Source: Myxococcota bacterium (GTDB taxonomy: Bacteria > Myxococcota > XYA12-FULL-58-9 > JABJBS01). From it: a stretch of DNA of 64,000 bases. Of the stretch, positions 1 to 9,742 are shown one piece after another. The position numbers and the translations under genes were made by a program. The first letter of the stretch is position 1. Each line of letters starts with the position of its first letter. Below the pieces are notes generated by a model. That model was not told where the DNA came from, ran no database searches, and was given only the letters and a program-made list of their open reading frames with translations. The stretch lies in the NCBI GenBank assembly GCA_036339465.1, contig JAYZAY010000064.1:21664-85663 (forward strand), in the 5' to 3' direction.

Positions 1-717
1 GATTTGGGGCGACTCAACCTCAACCAAAAACGCGCGTTCATCTCTGAAGACGGAGAGGTCGACCTCCAAATGTCAGGTGGAGCGAGTGGTTTTACCGCGG
101 GCATCCTCGCCAAACTCCACGACAAAGTGCATTTGGGATTGACCTTCGTGAGTGGCCAAACCGTCGATTTCAAAGGACAAGCCAATTTCTCAATACCCTC
201 TTCGTTTCAAGGTTTTGCAGAAGACGGCCCAGTCATTGCCACCCTGGAATTTCCCCACAAAGTCAGCACAGGTGTCGTTTGGAAACCCCTCTCCGAACTG
301 CTTCTAACCGCCGATTTAGAATGGTGGAACTGGTCTAGGCTTCAAGAGTTTACCATCGATTTCGCATCTCCCATCACAGAAGATGTAGAAAAACAGAGAG
401 ATTGGAATGACACCCTCACCATCCGACTGGGAACCGCTTACCAAGTTTCCGAAATAGTTCAGGTCAAAATTGGAGGTTTTTTCGACCAAAGCCCCGTCCC
501 ACACAAAACCGCAGGTGCCGATTCACCCGACTCCGACCGGCTGGGACTTAGCACAGGCCTAACCCTTTCTCTTCTCGATAAGATCCACTTAAATCTGGCC
601 TACCAATGGGTGAATCTTCTGGGTATCAACAATCCAGCCATCCCTCTCGAATTACCAAACCAGTTTAACGGCACCTTCCATGTCGCTGCATTAGGCCTCT
701 CCTACGGAAAGACCTAG
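1..717 (+). CDS. OmpP1/FadL/TodX family outer-membrane transporter, 5'-truncated by the window edge
   Basis: Amphipathic beta-strand pattern with FadL-like C-terminal motifs (ADLEWWNWS, WNDTLTIRLG, FDQSPVP, PDSDR); the frame is open from position 1. Confidence 0.8.
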   Translation, partial: DLGRLNLNQKRAFISEDGEVDLQMSGGASGFTAGILAKLHDKVHLGLTFVSGQTVDFKGQANFSIPSSFQGFAEDGPVIATLEFPHKVSTGVVWKPLSELLLTADLEWWNWSRLQEFTIDFASPITEDVEKQRDWNDTLTIRLGTAYQVSEIVQVKIGGFFDQSPVPHKTAGADSPDSDRLGLSTGLTLSLLDKIHLNLAYQWVNLLGINNPAIPLELPNQFNGTFHVAALGLSYGKT

Positions 718-790
718 ACACCAAAAGGTTGCGTCAAAATTGAACACTCTGCGTTGCGAATCCAAAGCGTCTTTGGTATTCGCTGTGGTT

Positions 791-1525
791 ATGAATGCTA
801 AGCGACGAATCGCCATTGCGCTCCTATTGTTCTCGGCATGGAGCCCATCCCAGGCCCTCGCTTTTCTTCTACCAGCCGACTTCATTCTCAAGCGCACCCT
901 AGAAAAGCACTATCTCAGAACATATGATGGCATGAGTATCGTGGTGGCCTCCGAATTAACGGCCCCCGGTTCGGTAAGAGCGGAACGTTGGTATCTAAAG
1001 AAACCCAGTATGTTTCGTATTAGTCTCGAAAATAAAAGCGATGCACTCTACGTCCAAAATAAGGAACAAGCGAAGCTATCAACTGAAGGTGAAGAAATTC
1101 CAGAGCAACTGATGAAGCTCTTGGCTTATTTGTGGGTACCCGAAAAAGAAAGTCATAAAAATGCGCTTCGTGATCTCCTGATAAATTTGAAAAGTGCAGA
1201 GATCGATTCAGAAACAGTGTCGATCAAGAGAGACGCTCAACACATTGTGTATGTCATTGGGGCACTTCCCTGGGAAAATCAAAAGTCACAAATTTGGATC
1301 GATAAACAATCATTTATACCAAGACGTTACCGGCTGGTCCAAACAAAAGGCACCGAAATAACCGCCTGGGAAATTCAATTCAAGGCTTATGAGAAAACCG
1401 AATTCGGTGTGAGTTTCCCAACACGACTCGAAATCTATAAGAATAAGAAACTTCAAATAACTCGCTCACTTAAGGACATCCAATCCACCAAGACCCTCCC
1501 CAATTCCCTCTTTGATATTTCGTGA
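791..1525 (+). CDS. Exported LolA-fold / lipoprotein-sorting-like protein
   Basis: Signal peptide ending SQALA; LolA-like segments WYLKKPSMFRI and QIWIDKQSFIPRR; ATG at 791 preferred over TTG at 740. Confidence 0.5.
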   Translation: MNAKRRIAIALLLFSAWSPSQALAFLLPADFILKRTLEKHYLRTYDGMSIVVASELTAPGSVRAERWYLKKPSMFRISLENKSDALYVQNKEQAKLSTEGEEIPEQLMKLLAYLWVPEKESHKNALRDLLINLKSAEIDSETVSIKRDAQHIVYVIGALPWENQKSQIWIDKQSFIPRRYRLVQTKGTEITAWEIQFKAYEKTEFGVSFPTRLEIYKNKKLQITRSLKDIQSTKTLPNSLFDIS

Positions 1526-1692
1526 CCCTCATTGGGCGCCATCCATCGTTCACAAAAAAGAAACAAAAAGAGAGGAAGGCGAAAAAATTTTCAGACAAAT
1601 TGCTTTGCCCTCAAATCGAACCCTTATAGTATTAACTCAAGATGGATAAGGCTGCATACGCTCCTAACGAAACTCAACTAAAGAAGTAGACC

Positions 1693-4542
1693 ATGCAGGA
1701 TGCTCCCCCCGACCTCAACGTGTCAAATCTCGCATATGTAGAAGAACTCTACGATGCATACCTTCAAAACCCCAACAGTGTGTCCGATATCTGGAAGAAA
1801 ATTTTCGCAGACTACGACAATCAAATGACAAACGGGACCCCCCCCAGGCTCGGACCGTCATTCAAACCCACCTCGATTTTCAATCCCGCCTCCAGCAATA
1901 AAAACACCAATGGTGCTCAAGAAATGAGTGAATCTAGCCATCACTCGTTGGACGAATCGAGCATCGCTCACCAAGCCGCCATTATGCAAGAGCGGCTCAT
2001 GCAATTGGTTCGAGCTTATCGAGTGCGAGGGCATCTTATTGCATCGGTGGACCCCCTCGACTTACCCCGTCCACCACAACCAGAACTATTTCCCGCCTTC
2101 TATGGCTTTTCACAAGAGGAGATGAACCAAAAATTCTCTGGGGACTCCATCCACGCCTTAACTCCCATGACTCTACGCGATATTGTCGCTCGTCTAAAAA
2201 GAACCTACTGCGAGGCCATCGGGGTCCAATACATGCACATCGACGACCTTGTCATGAAAGTATGGCTCGAAGAACGCATGGAAATCACTGAAAATAAGAT
2301 CATGCTGACCCATGGGCAGAAGCTGAAAACCCTCACAACATTAACAGACGCCGTTATTCTAGAGGAATTTATTCAACGCAAGTTCGTGGGCTCCAAAAGT
2401 TTTTCCCTCGAAGGGTCAGAGAGTATCATCCCTCTTCTGCACCATGCGATCGAAACCGCAGGAGAGGATGGCGTCGAAGAAGTCGTATTGTCCATGGCTC
2501 ACCGTGGCCGCCTCAATGTTCTTGTGAATATTATGGGAAAAAGTCCCGCAGACATTTTCCGCGAATTCGCCGACAAAGACCCCGAAGCATTTCTCGGGCG
2601 TGGCGATGTGAAATATCACAAAGGCTATAGTAGCGATTGGAAAACCGTTTCCGGTAGGAATGTTCACCTCTCACTCTGTTTCAACCCAAGTCACCTCGAA
2701 TTCGTCAATCCGGTTGCTTTGGGAAGAACACGTGCGAAACAAGACCGGAGACAAGATAAAGATCGTTCTAAGGTTTTAACCCTGGTCATTCATGGAGACG
2801 CCGCATTCGCTGGTGAAGGCGTCGTTCAAGAAACCTTAAACCTAAGTGAACTCACTGGCTACCAAACCGGTGGGACCCTCCACGTAATCATCAATAACCA
2901 AATTGGTTTTACCACTGACCCGTCAGACCACCGATCTTGTACATACGCGACCGATGTCGGCAAAATGCTTCAAATCCCGATTTTCCATGTCAATGGGGAA
3001 AACCCGGAGGCGGTAGCCCAAGTGGTACGCCTGGCAAGTGAATTTCGGCGCACATTCCAGCGGGACGTCATTATCGACATGTATAGTTTTCGACGCCTTG
3101 GCCACAACGAAGGAGACGAACCGGCTTTCACCCAACCCGTGATGTATCGAGCCATTCGCGCGCGACCAAATGTTCGAGAAGGTTACCTCCAAAACCTCCT
3201 AAAGCCCGGGGGAGTCACCCAAGAAGAAGCTGCCCAGATTGCGCATGCACGAAAACAGTACCTAGAAACCCAACTCAGAGTAGCCACTGACCAAACCAAG
3301 GTGAAGAGTGACGAAACCCTCGGTGGATCATGGCGTGGATATTATGGTGGCCGGGAACAGAGTGCGGATCATCCCAAAACGAGGCTGCCCCTTAGCAGGC
3401 TTAGCTACCTCTTAGAAATTCAAACCTTTTTGCCCGACACATTTACACCGCACGCCAAACTTAAACGAATCTTGGAAGGTCGAGGAGCCATGGCTCGAGG
3501 AGAGAGGAAGCTCGATTGGGGAGCCGCAGAGGCACTTGCCTTCGCAAGTCTTCTGATTGAAGGTACAGGAATCCGACTAACAGGCCAAGACAGCCAACGA
3601 GGCACCTTCAGTCACAGACATTCAGTGCTCCATGATTTTGAAACCGGCGAAAGTTATATGCCACTTCGCCATCTTGATCCAGACCAAGCCAAGGTAGAAA
3701 TTCACAATAGCCCCCTGACAGAATCCGCGGTTTTAGCCTTCGAATATGGGTTCAGTATGGACATGCCCGATACTCTTTGTATCTGGGAAGCCCAATTTGG
3801 TGACTTCGCGAACGTCGCCCAAGTGATCTTCGACCAATTTATTTCAAGTGGGGAAGATAAATGGCAGAGACTCAGCGGCCTCGTCGTCCTCCTCCCCCAC
3901 GCCTTCGAAGGCATGGGCCCCGAGCATTCTAGTGCACGACTTGAACGCTTCTTAAATATGGCTGCTGAAGACAATATGCAGATTTGCTACCCCAGTACAC
4001 CGTCTCAGTGCTTCCATATGTTCCGCCGCCAAGCCCTCAGGAAATGGACTAAACCGCTGATTGTGATGAGTCCCAAGAGCTTACTTCGACATCCTAAAGC
4101 GGTTTCAAGCCTTGAGGAATTGGCGCAAGGTTCATTCCACAGGATTCTTCCTGATCAGCGTGAAACTCAAACCGAGACATCGAGAATACTGATATGCAGC
4201 GGTAAGATTTATTATGAGCTGGACGCAAAACGAGAAGAACTCGGTAGAAATGACGTCGCAATTCTCAGGATTGAGCAATTCTACCCGCTTCCGCAATCTG
4301 ATATTGAGGATGCATTCGCCCACTACGGAGAGGAAGTACCCGTGTATTGGGTACAAGACGAACCGGAAAACATGGGCGCTTGGCGCCATTTACGCGCGCG
4401 CTTCGGACACAGCATTGGTGGGCGTTGGCCCTTTTATGGAATCCACCGCCCCGAATCCGCGAGCCCTGCCACTGGTTCTTTCAGTAGCCACAAACTCGAA
4501 CAAACTCGACTCCTTGACGACGCATTTGCATCTAAACCATGA
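1693..4542 (+). CDS. sucA: 2-oxoglutarate dehydrogenase E1 component
   Basis: MAHRGRLNVL, GDVKYH, NPSHLE, HGDAAFAGEG (TPP-binding), WEAQFGDF, GPEHSSARLERFL. Confidence 0.98.
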   Translation: MQDAPPDLNVSNLAYVEELYDAYLQNPNSVSDIWKKIFADYDNQMTNGTPPRLGPSFKPTSIFNPASSNKNTNGAQEMSESSHHSLDESSIAHQAAIMQERLMQLVRAYRVRGHLIASVDPLDLPRPPQPELFPAFYGFSQEEMNQKFSGDSIHALTPMTLRDIVARLKRTYCEAIGVQYMHIDDLVMKVWLEERMEITENKIMLTHGQKLKTLTTLTDAVILEEFIQRKFVGSKSFSLEGSESIIPLLHHAIETAGEDGVEEVVLSMAHRGRLNVLVNIMGKSPADIFREFADKDPEAFLGRGDVKYHKGYSSDWKTVSGRNVHLSLCFNPSHLEFVNPVALGRTRAKQDRRQDKDRSKVLTLVIHGDAAFAGEGVVQETLNLSELTGYQTGGTLHVIINNQIGFTTDPSDHRSCTYATDVGKMLQIPIFHVNGENPEAVAQVVRLASEFRRTFQRDVIIDMYSFRRLGHNEGDEPAFTQPVMYRAIRARPNVREGYLQNLLKPGGVTQEEAAQIAHARKQYLETQLRVATDQTKVKSDETLGGSWRGYYGGREQSADHPKTRLPLSRLSYLLEIQTFLPDTFTPHAKLKRILEGRGAMARGERKLDWGAAEALAFASLLIEGTGIRLTGQDSQRGTFSHRHSVLHDFETGESYMPLRHLDPDQAKVEIHNSPLTESAVLAFEYGFSMDMPDTLCIWEAQFGDFANVAQVIFDQFISSGEDKWQRLSGLVVLLPHAFEGMGPEHSSARLERFLNMAAEDNMQICYPSTPSQCFHMFRRQALRKWTKPLIVMSPKSLLRHPKAVSSLEELAQGSFHRILPDQRETQTETSRILICSGKIYYELDAKREELGRNDVAILRIEQFYPLPQSDIEDAFAHYGEEVPVYWVQDEPENMGAWRHLRARFGHSIGGRWPFYGIHRPESASPATGSFSSHKLEQTRLLDDAFASKP

Positions 4543-4628
4543 ACGTGTAGTCTTATAGTCAGAAACAACCAGGAGTCACCTTGTAACCGCGGAGCTAAGC
4601 CGTTTGTCTCAACCAAACCAAAAGAAAG

Positions 4629-5882
4629 ATGAGTGCAATGTCCATTGAATTACGAATTCCTGCAGTTGGTGAATCTATCACAGAAGTTGAAGTTGGTGAG
4701 TGGCTGAAAAATGTCGGCGACCCTGTCGGTACCGATGAAACCATCGTGATGATTGAAACCGACAAAGTAACCGCTGAAATTTTAGCCCCCAAACCTGGTA
4801 AGGTTACCCAAATTATCAAGAAAGAAGGTGAAGCAGCAACTGTCGGTGAAGTCATTGGCTATATGGATACCGCAGAACAAGCAGAGGTCAGTAGCCCCAC
4901 TCCCGCTGCTCCAGAGCCGGCCGCTAAGCCACCTGCACCGCAGGTAACAACCGTCATGCCTGCAGCGCAGCGAGAACTGGCCGCCCGGGGCATCGAAGCC
5001 AATGACGTCAATCCAACCGGACCCGGCGGGCGCCTACTCAAAGAAGACGTCGTTCGCCATGTCCCACAGGAGGTGCCAGCACCAACGCCAGCACCAACGC
5101 CAGCACCAACGCCAGCACCGGTGGCGGCCAAACCAGCACCGACACCAGCGCCCATTCAACCACCCGTAGTCAGTAACGAAGGTCGTATCGACGAAGCCGT
5201 CACCATGACCCCCCTTCGGCGGAAAGTCGCCCAGCGATTGGTCGAAGCACAACAAAACGCCGCACTTCTAACAACATTCAACGAAGTCGACATGTCTGAG
5301 GTAATGAAAACTCGGAAGATTTATCAAGAATCATTTATAAAAAAGAACGACATAAAATTAGGGTTCATGTCCTTTTTTATCAAGGCGACCATTGATGCTC
5401 TTAAGGAAATTCCGCAAATCAACGCGGAACTTAAGGGCCAAGAAATCATCTATAAAAACTACTTTGACATAGGTGTCGCTGTGGGAGGCGGTAAAGGCTT
5501 GGTGGTTCCGGTCATCAGAAATGCCGAAAAGCTGAGTTTTTCGGAAATAGAACTGACAATTCGTGATTTTGGAACCCGGGCCAAGGCCGGTAAATTAAAA
5601 TTAGAGGAGCTCCAGGGTGGTACTTTCACCATTTCAAATGGAGGTGTTTATGGGTCCCTACTTTCGACCCCTATCGTAAATCCGCCCCAAAGCGGTATTT
5701 TAGGGCTCCACGGAATCAAGGAGCGCCCCATGGCCATTCACGGAGAAGTGGTAATTCGACCCATGATGTACATCGCACTGACTTACGACCACAGAATTGT
5801 CGATGGTCGTGAAGCAGTCACTTTCCTAAATCGCATCAAAGATTGTATTGAAGCCCCTGAGCGTATGTTGCTGGAGATCTGA
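4629..5882 (+). CDS. sucB: Dihydrolipoamide succinyltransferase (E2)
   Basis: Lipoyl motif ETDKV, E3-binding [11 protein letters not shown], Pro/Ala linkers, catalytic DHRIVDG. Confidence 0.97.
   Translation: MSAMSIELRIPAVGESITEVEVGEWLKNVGDPVGTDETIVMIETDKVTAEILAPKPGKVTQIIKKEGEAATVGEVIGYMDTAEQAEVSSPTPAAPEPAAKPPAPQVTTVMPAAQRELAARGIEANDVNPTGPGGRLLKEDVVRHVPQEVPAPTPAPTPAPTPAPVAAKPAPTPAPIQPPVVSNEGRIDEAVTMTPLRRKVAQRLVEAQQNAALLTTFNEVDMSEVMKTRKIYQESFIKKNDIKLGFMSFFIKATIDALKEIPQINAELKGQEIIYKNYFDIGVAVGGGKGLVVPVIRNAEKLSFSEIELTIRDFGTRAKAGKLKLEELQGGTFTISNGGVYGSLLSTPIVNPPQSGILGLHGIKERPMAIHGEVVIRPMMYIALTYDHRIVDGREAVTFLNRIKDCIEAPERMLLEI
5075..5119 (+). repeat. 12-bp coding tandem repeat (gccagcaccaac x3 plus partial) encoding the PAPT linker of SucB
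   Basis: Read directly from the sequence. Confidence 0.9.
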
Positions 5883-5888
5883 TATAAA

Positions 5889-7283
5889 ATGAGTGAACAT
5901 CAATTCGACCTAGTCGTCATCGGAGCTGGCCCTGGTGGATACGTCGCTGCGATTCGCGCCGCACAATTGGGGCTCAACGTCGCCTGTATCGAAAAAGAAA
6001 CCGCCTTGGGAGGAACTTGTCTACGGGTTGGGTGCATTCCCAGTAAGGCCCTCCTAGAAGCAAGCAGCAAATATACCGACGTTCGAAACAAGTTTGCCAA
6101 CTTCGGTATTGTGGTCAACGATATACAATTAGACCTTTCAAAAATGCTGAAACATAAAGATAAAACCGTCACTGCACTCACCAAGGGTATCAGCGGGTTG
6201 TTCAAAAAGAATGGGATCAGTCACTACCCAGGACTGGGCACAATCACCGCTCCTGGTAAAGTGCAAGTAAGTAACCCTGACAGCTCAACCACTGAGCTGA
6301 CAACCCGCTACATTCTCATTGCCACCGGCAGCAGTGTCACCAAATTACCCAGCATCGAATTCTCTGGGGACCGTATTGGAACAAGTACCGAGGCACTATC
6401 ATACCCTGAAGTCCCCAATCATCTAGTCGTCATTGGCGCTGGAGTGATCGGATTGGAATTGGGAAGTGTTTGGAGCCGACTGGGTGCCAAAGTTACTGTA
6501 GTCGAATACTTGGACCGCATTCTGCCAGGGATGGACTCAGAAATAGCCCAAGAAGCACAACGTTTACTTAAGAAACAAGGGTTAGAATTCCAGTTAAATA
6601 CCAAAGTTGTAGGCGCAACCACCAACGGCTCGGACTGCATGGTGATGATCGAGGGAGCAGAACCCATCACCGCAGATCGGGTGCTGGTCTCCGTCGGTCG
6701 AAAACCCAACACTGAAGGGCTGGGACTAGAAAACGTCGGAATCGAAACCTCAAAACGCGGGCAAGTGGCCGTTAACAAGCGTTTTGAAACCTCAGTACCT
6801 GGTATTTTTGCTATCGGCGATGTCATCGAAGGGCCAATGCTGGCCCATAAGGCCGAAGAAGAGGGCATCGCGTGCGTAGAAGAACTCGTAACAGGTTACG
6901 GCCATGTCAATTACAATGCCATTCCAAGCGTCGTTTACACCGATCCTGAAATTGCGTCCGTAGGGCAAACAGAGGAACAGCTAAACGAAGCTCAAATCCG
7001 ATACCGCAAAGGCGTCTTTCCACTGGCTGCCAACGGACGAGCAAGATCCGTGGGTCAACCCGATGGGAAAATCAAAGTTCTTGCCGATGCGCAAACAGAT
7101 CGTATCCTCGGGGTACACATTATTGCCTCCCATGCGGGCGATTTAATCGCCGAGGCAGTCACCGCCATGGAATTCGGTGCGAGCAGCGAAGATTTGGCAA
7201 GGGTCTGCCATGCCCACCCCACCATGGCCGAAGCGCTTAAAGAGGCTGCCCTTGCCGTCGACAAACGACCTATCCATATTTAG
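5889..7283 (+). CDS. lpdA: Dihydrolipoamide dehydrogenase (E3)
   Basis: GAGPGGY, GGTCLRVGCIPSK redox motif, GAGVIGLE, HAHPT. Confidence 0.98.
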   Translation: MSEHQFDLVVIGAGPGGYVAAIRAAQLGLNVACIEKETALGGTCLRVGCIPSKALLEASSKYTDVRNKFANFGIVVNDIQLDLSKMLKHKDKTVTALTKGISGLFKKNGISHYPGLGTITAPGKVQVSNPDSSTTELTTRYILIATGSSVTKLPSIEFSGDRIGTSTEALSYPEVPNHLVVIGAGVIGLELGSVWSRLGAKVTVVEYLDRILPGMDSEIAQEAQRLLKKQGLEFQLNTKVVGATTNGSDCMVMIEGAEPITADRVLVSVGRKPNTEGLGLENVGIETSKRGQVAVNKRFETSVPGIFAIGDVIEGPMLAHKAEEEGIACVEELVTGYGHVNYNAIPSVVYTDPEIASVGQTEEQLNEAQIRYRKGVFPLAANGRARSVGQPDGKIKVLADAQTDRILGVHIIASHAGDLIAEAVTAMEFGASSEDLARVCHAHPTMAEALKEAALAVDKRPIHI

Positions 7284-7314
7284 ACAGCATCATTGTCTTT
7301 GATCTGACCATCCC

Positions 7315-9723
7315 ATGTTGAAAAATCGAGCCCAAGTTATTCTCGACCAGCCACTTCCGGTCCTGGACTACGAAATCCCAGAAAAATTGAACGAAGGACT
7401 TGAGGTTGGCCAAGCGGTTAAAGTCCCGCTAGGAAACCGGCAAACCCTCGGGTACGTGACTCAAATCAACCACAATCCCAAACCCGTCGATTTTAAACTG
7501 AAGGAAATTACAAAACTTGAGGAAAACCGTCGCTCACTTCCAAGCCCCCTCCTAAAATTGGTCATTTTCGCAGCGGATTATTATCAGATACCTCACGGTG
7601 AAATGTTAAACGCAATCCTGCCTCAGACTGCGCGCACCCCATCTTACAAGTACATTCTAACAGACCTTCCCGTGGAAAATGCACCTGGAAGAATCACAGA
7701 TAAAGATGCCCTCATCTTGGAGCTCGGGGAAAAATATCCGAATGGCTTCACCGTGATAAGCGCAGAACAGCAGCTAAAATCCAAACGCACCCCTGCGCTA
7801 CAAAGGCTAAAGCGTCTAGAACAAAAGGGATTACTGGAACGAATCACAAAAAAAGCCGGCCCCCGCAAACTCAAGGCCTATCAAAGAATAATTTCTGACC
7901 TGGCTTTGAAAGAATTACCGCCCACGGAACAAGAAATCCTGGAACAATTCTCCACTGACTCACCCATCACGGTAGCAGCAATCCTACCGCAACTCCCAAA
8001 TGCGTACCCAAAACTCCGAAAGCTTGAAGCAAAAGGATACTTGCAGTCTCACCTTCTTACTCAGAGTATCCGTCCACCTGACTGGGCGCGTCTCACCCAA
8101 AAAGAACCATTAGAACTAACCTCAAATCAACAACAAGCACTTTCTATGATCGAAAACCTACGGAAAGGAGCGTTGTTTACCCCCTGTCTCCTTCACGGCG
8201 TCACCGGGAGCGGCAAAACTGAAGTTTATCTACGCCTCATTGAAAAATGTTTATTTCAATCCAAAACCGCATTGGTCTTGGTTCCCGAAATCGCATTGAC
8301 ACCCCAACTTACTGCTTTATTCCAACAACGTTTTGGTGACCAAGTCGCAACTTTTCACTCTGGGCTAACCCCGGCACAGCGGCGCGATGAATGGGATAGG
8401 ATATGGCGTGGTGATGCATCCATTGGGGTGGGGGCTCGGAGCGCACTATTCTTACCCATCCGAAACCTCGACCTGATCGTCGTGGATGAAGAGCACGAAA
8501 CATCTTACAAGCAAGACGAAACACCCCACTACCACGCACGGGATTTAGCCATCTATCGAGCCAAACTGGAAGGTGCCCAAATTGTCCTGGGTTCGGCCAC
8601 TCCATCTCTGGAGTCCTACCAAAATTCTCAAAAGAAACGATATCACTACCAACCCATGGGACAACGCGTTCATAGTCGCCCTTTGCCTCCTGTGGAGCTA
8701 CTTTCGCTCAGAGAGGAACCTCGAGTTGGATCAGGTATCTTTACCAATACGATGCTTACGCAGATTGAAACCACGCTCCAAAATGATAATCAAGTAATCC
8801 TTTTCTTGAATCGGCGTGGCTACGCATCTTGTGTGACTTGCCAAGAATGCGGGTTTTGTTTTCAATGTCCCGCTTGTGAAGTCAGCTTGACCCTCCACCG
8901 TCAAAAAGGGCTCCTCCTCTGCCATTACTGTGCGTTCGAACAGATGGTTTTGGACAAATGCCCTGATTGCCAAAGTGAAAGCTTAAGGGGATCGGGAATG
9001 GGCACCGAGAAGATTGAAATGGAAATACGAAGTTTTCTCGGTCCAAACTTGGGTATTGTAAGGTTGGACCGAGATACAACCCAGTCCCGTAACAAACTGC
9101 GCGAAACCATCGAAACATTTCGCAGCGGCGAAGCCCAGGTGTTGATCGGAACTCAGATGGTAACCAAAGGACACGATTTTCACAATGTTACGCTCGTAGG
9201 TGTTATCGCAGCAGATGCGAGTCTCAACTTTCCTGATTTCAGAGCAGCGGAAAGAACTTTCCAACTATTAACCCAAGTAGCGGGAAGAGCGGGAAGAGGC
9301 AGCCAAGAGGGAAAAGTACTTTTTCAGACCTACGACCCCGAACACTACGCAATCAGATATGCTGCCGAACACGACTACGAAAAATTCGTAAAAGAAGAAC
9401 TCACTTTTCGGAAAGAGCTGGGGTATCCTCCGTTCGGATATCTCGCCTTAATACGCGTGGAATCACCGGACCAAAATATGGCCATGGCCGAAGCCAATGC
9501 GGTCGCTGAAACCCTTGGAAAAGCATGGCTCTCGATAGAAGACGTGGAAATCTTGGGCCCCGCCCCTGCCCCATTGGCCAGACTTCGGGAAGCATGGCGA
9601 TTCCAGATTCTCCTCAAAGCCAAAACTCGTCGGGCCTTACAATCTATCCTAAGAGCCCTACCAAATCGGCAGCAAACTGGTGCAAAACGAATTGTTGATA
9701 TAGATCCAATCAGTATGTTGTAA
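7315..9723 (+). CDS. priA: Primosomal protein N' (replication restart helicase)
   Basis: GVTGSGKTEVY, VPEIALTPQ, DEEH, four CxxC pairs, QVAGRAGR, terminal DIDP. Confidence 0.97.
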   Translation: MLKNRAQVILDQPLPVLDYEIPEKLNEGLEVGQAVKVPLGNRQTLGYVTQINHNPKPVDFKLKEITKLEENRRSLPSPLLKLVIFAADYYQIPHGEMLNAILPQTARTPSYKYILTDLPVENAPGRITDKDALILELGEKYPNGFTVISAEQQLKSKRTPALQRLKRLEQKGLLERITKKAGPRKLKAYQRIISDLALKELPPTEQEILEQFSTDSPITVAAILPQLPNAYPKLRKLEAKGYLQSHLLTQSIRPPDWARLTQKEPLELTSNQQQALSMIENLRKGALFTPCLLHGVTGSGKTEVYLRLIEKCLFQSKTALVLVPEIALTPQLTALFQQRFGDQVATFHSGLTPAQRRDEWDRIWRGDASIGVGARSALFLPIRNLDLIVVDEEHETSYKQDETPHYHARDLAIYRAKLEGAQIVLGSATPSLESYQNSQKKRYHYQPMGQRVHSRPLPPVELLSLREEPRVGSGIFTNTMLTQIETTLQNDNQVILFLNRRGYASCVTCQECGFCFQCPACEVSLTLHRQKGLLLCHYCAFEQMVLDKCPDCQSESLRGSGMGTEKIEMEIRSFLGPNLGIVRLDRDTTQSRNKLRETIETFRSGEAQVLIGTQMVTKGHDFHNVTLVGVIAADASLNFPDFRAAERTFQLLTQVAGRAGRGSQEGKVLFQTYDPEHYAIRYAAEHDYEKFVKEELTFRKELGYPPFGYLALIRVESPDQNMAMAEANAVAETLGKAWLSIEDVEILGPAPAPLARLREAWRFQILLKAKTRRALQSILRALPNRQQTGAKRIVDIDPISML

Positions 9724-9742
9724 GCTTTCAGATTGGTTAGAT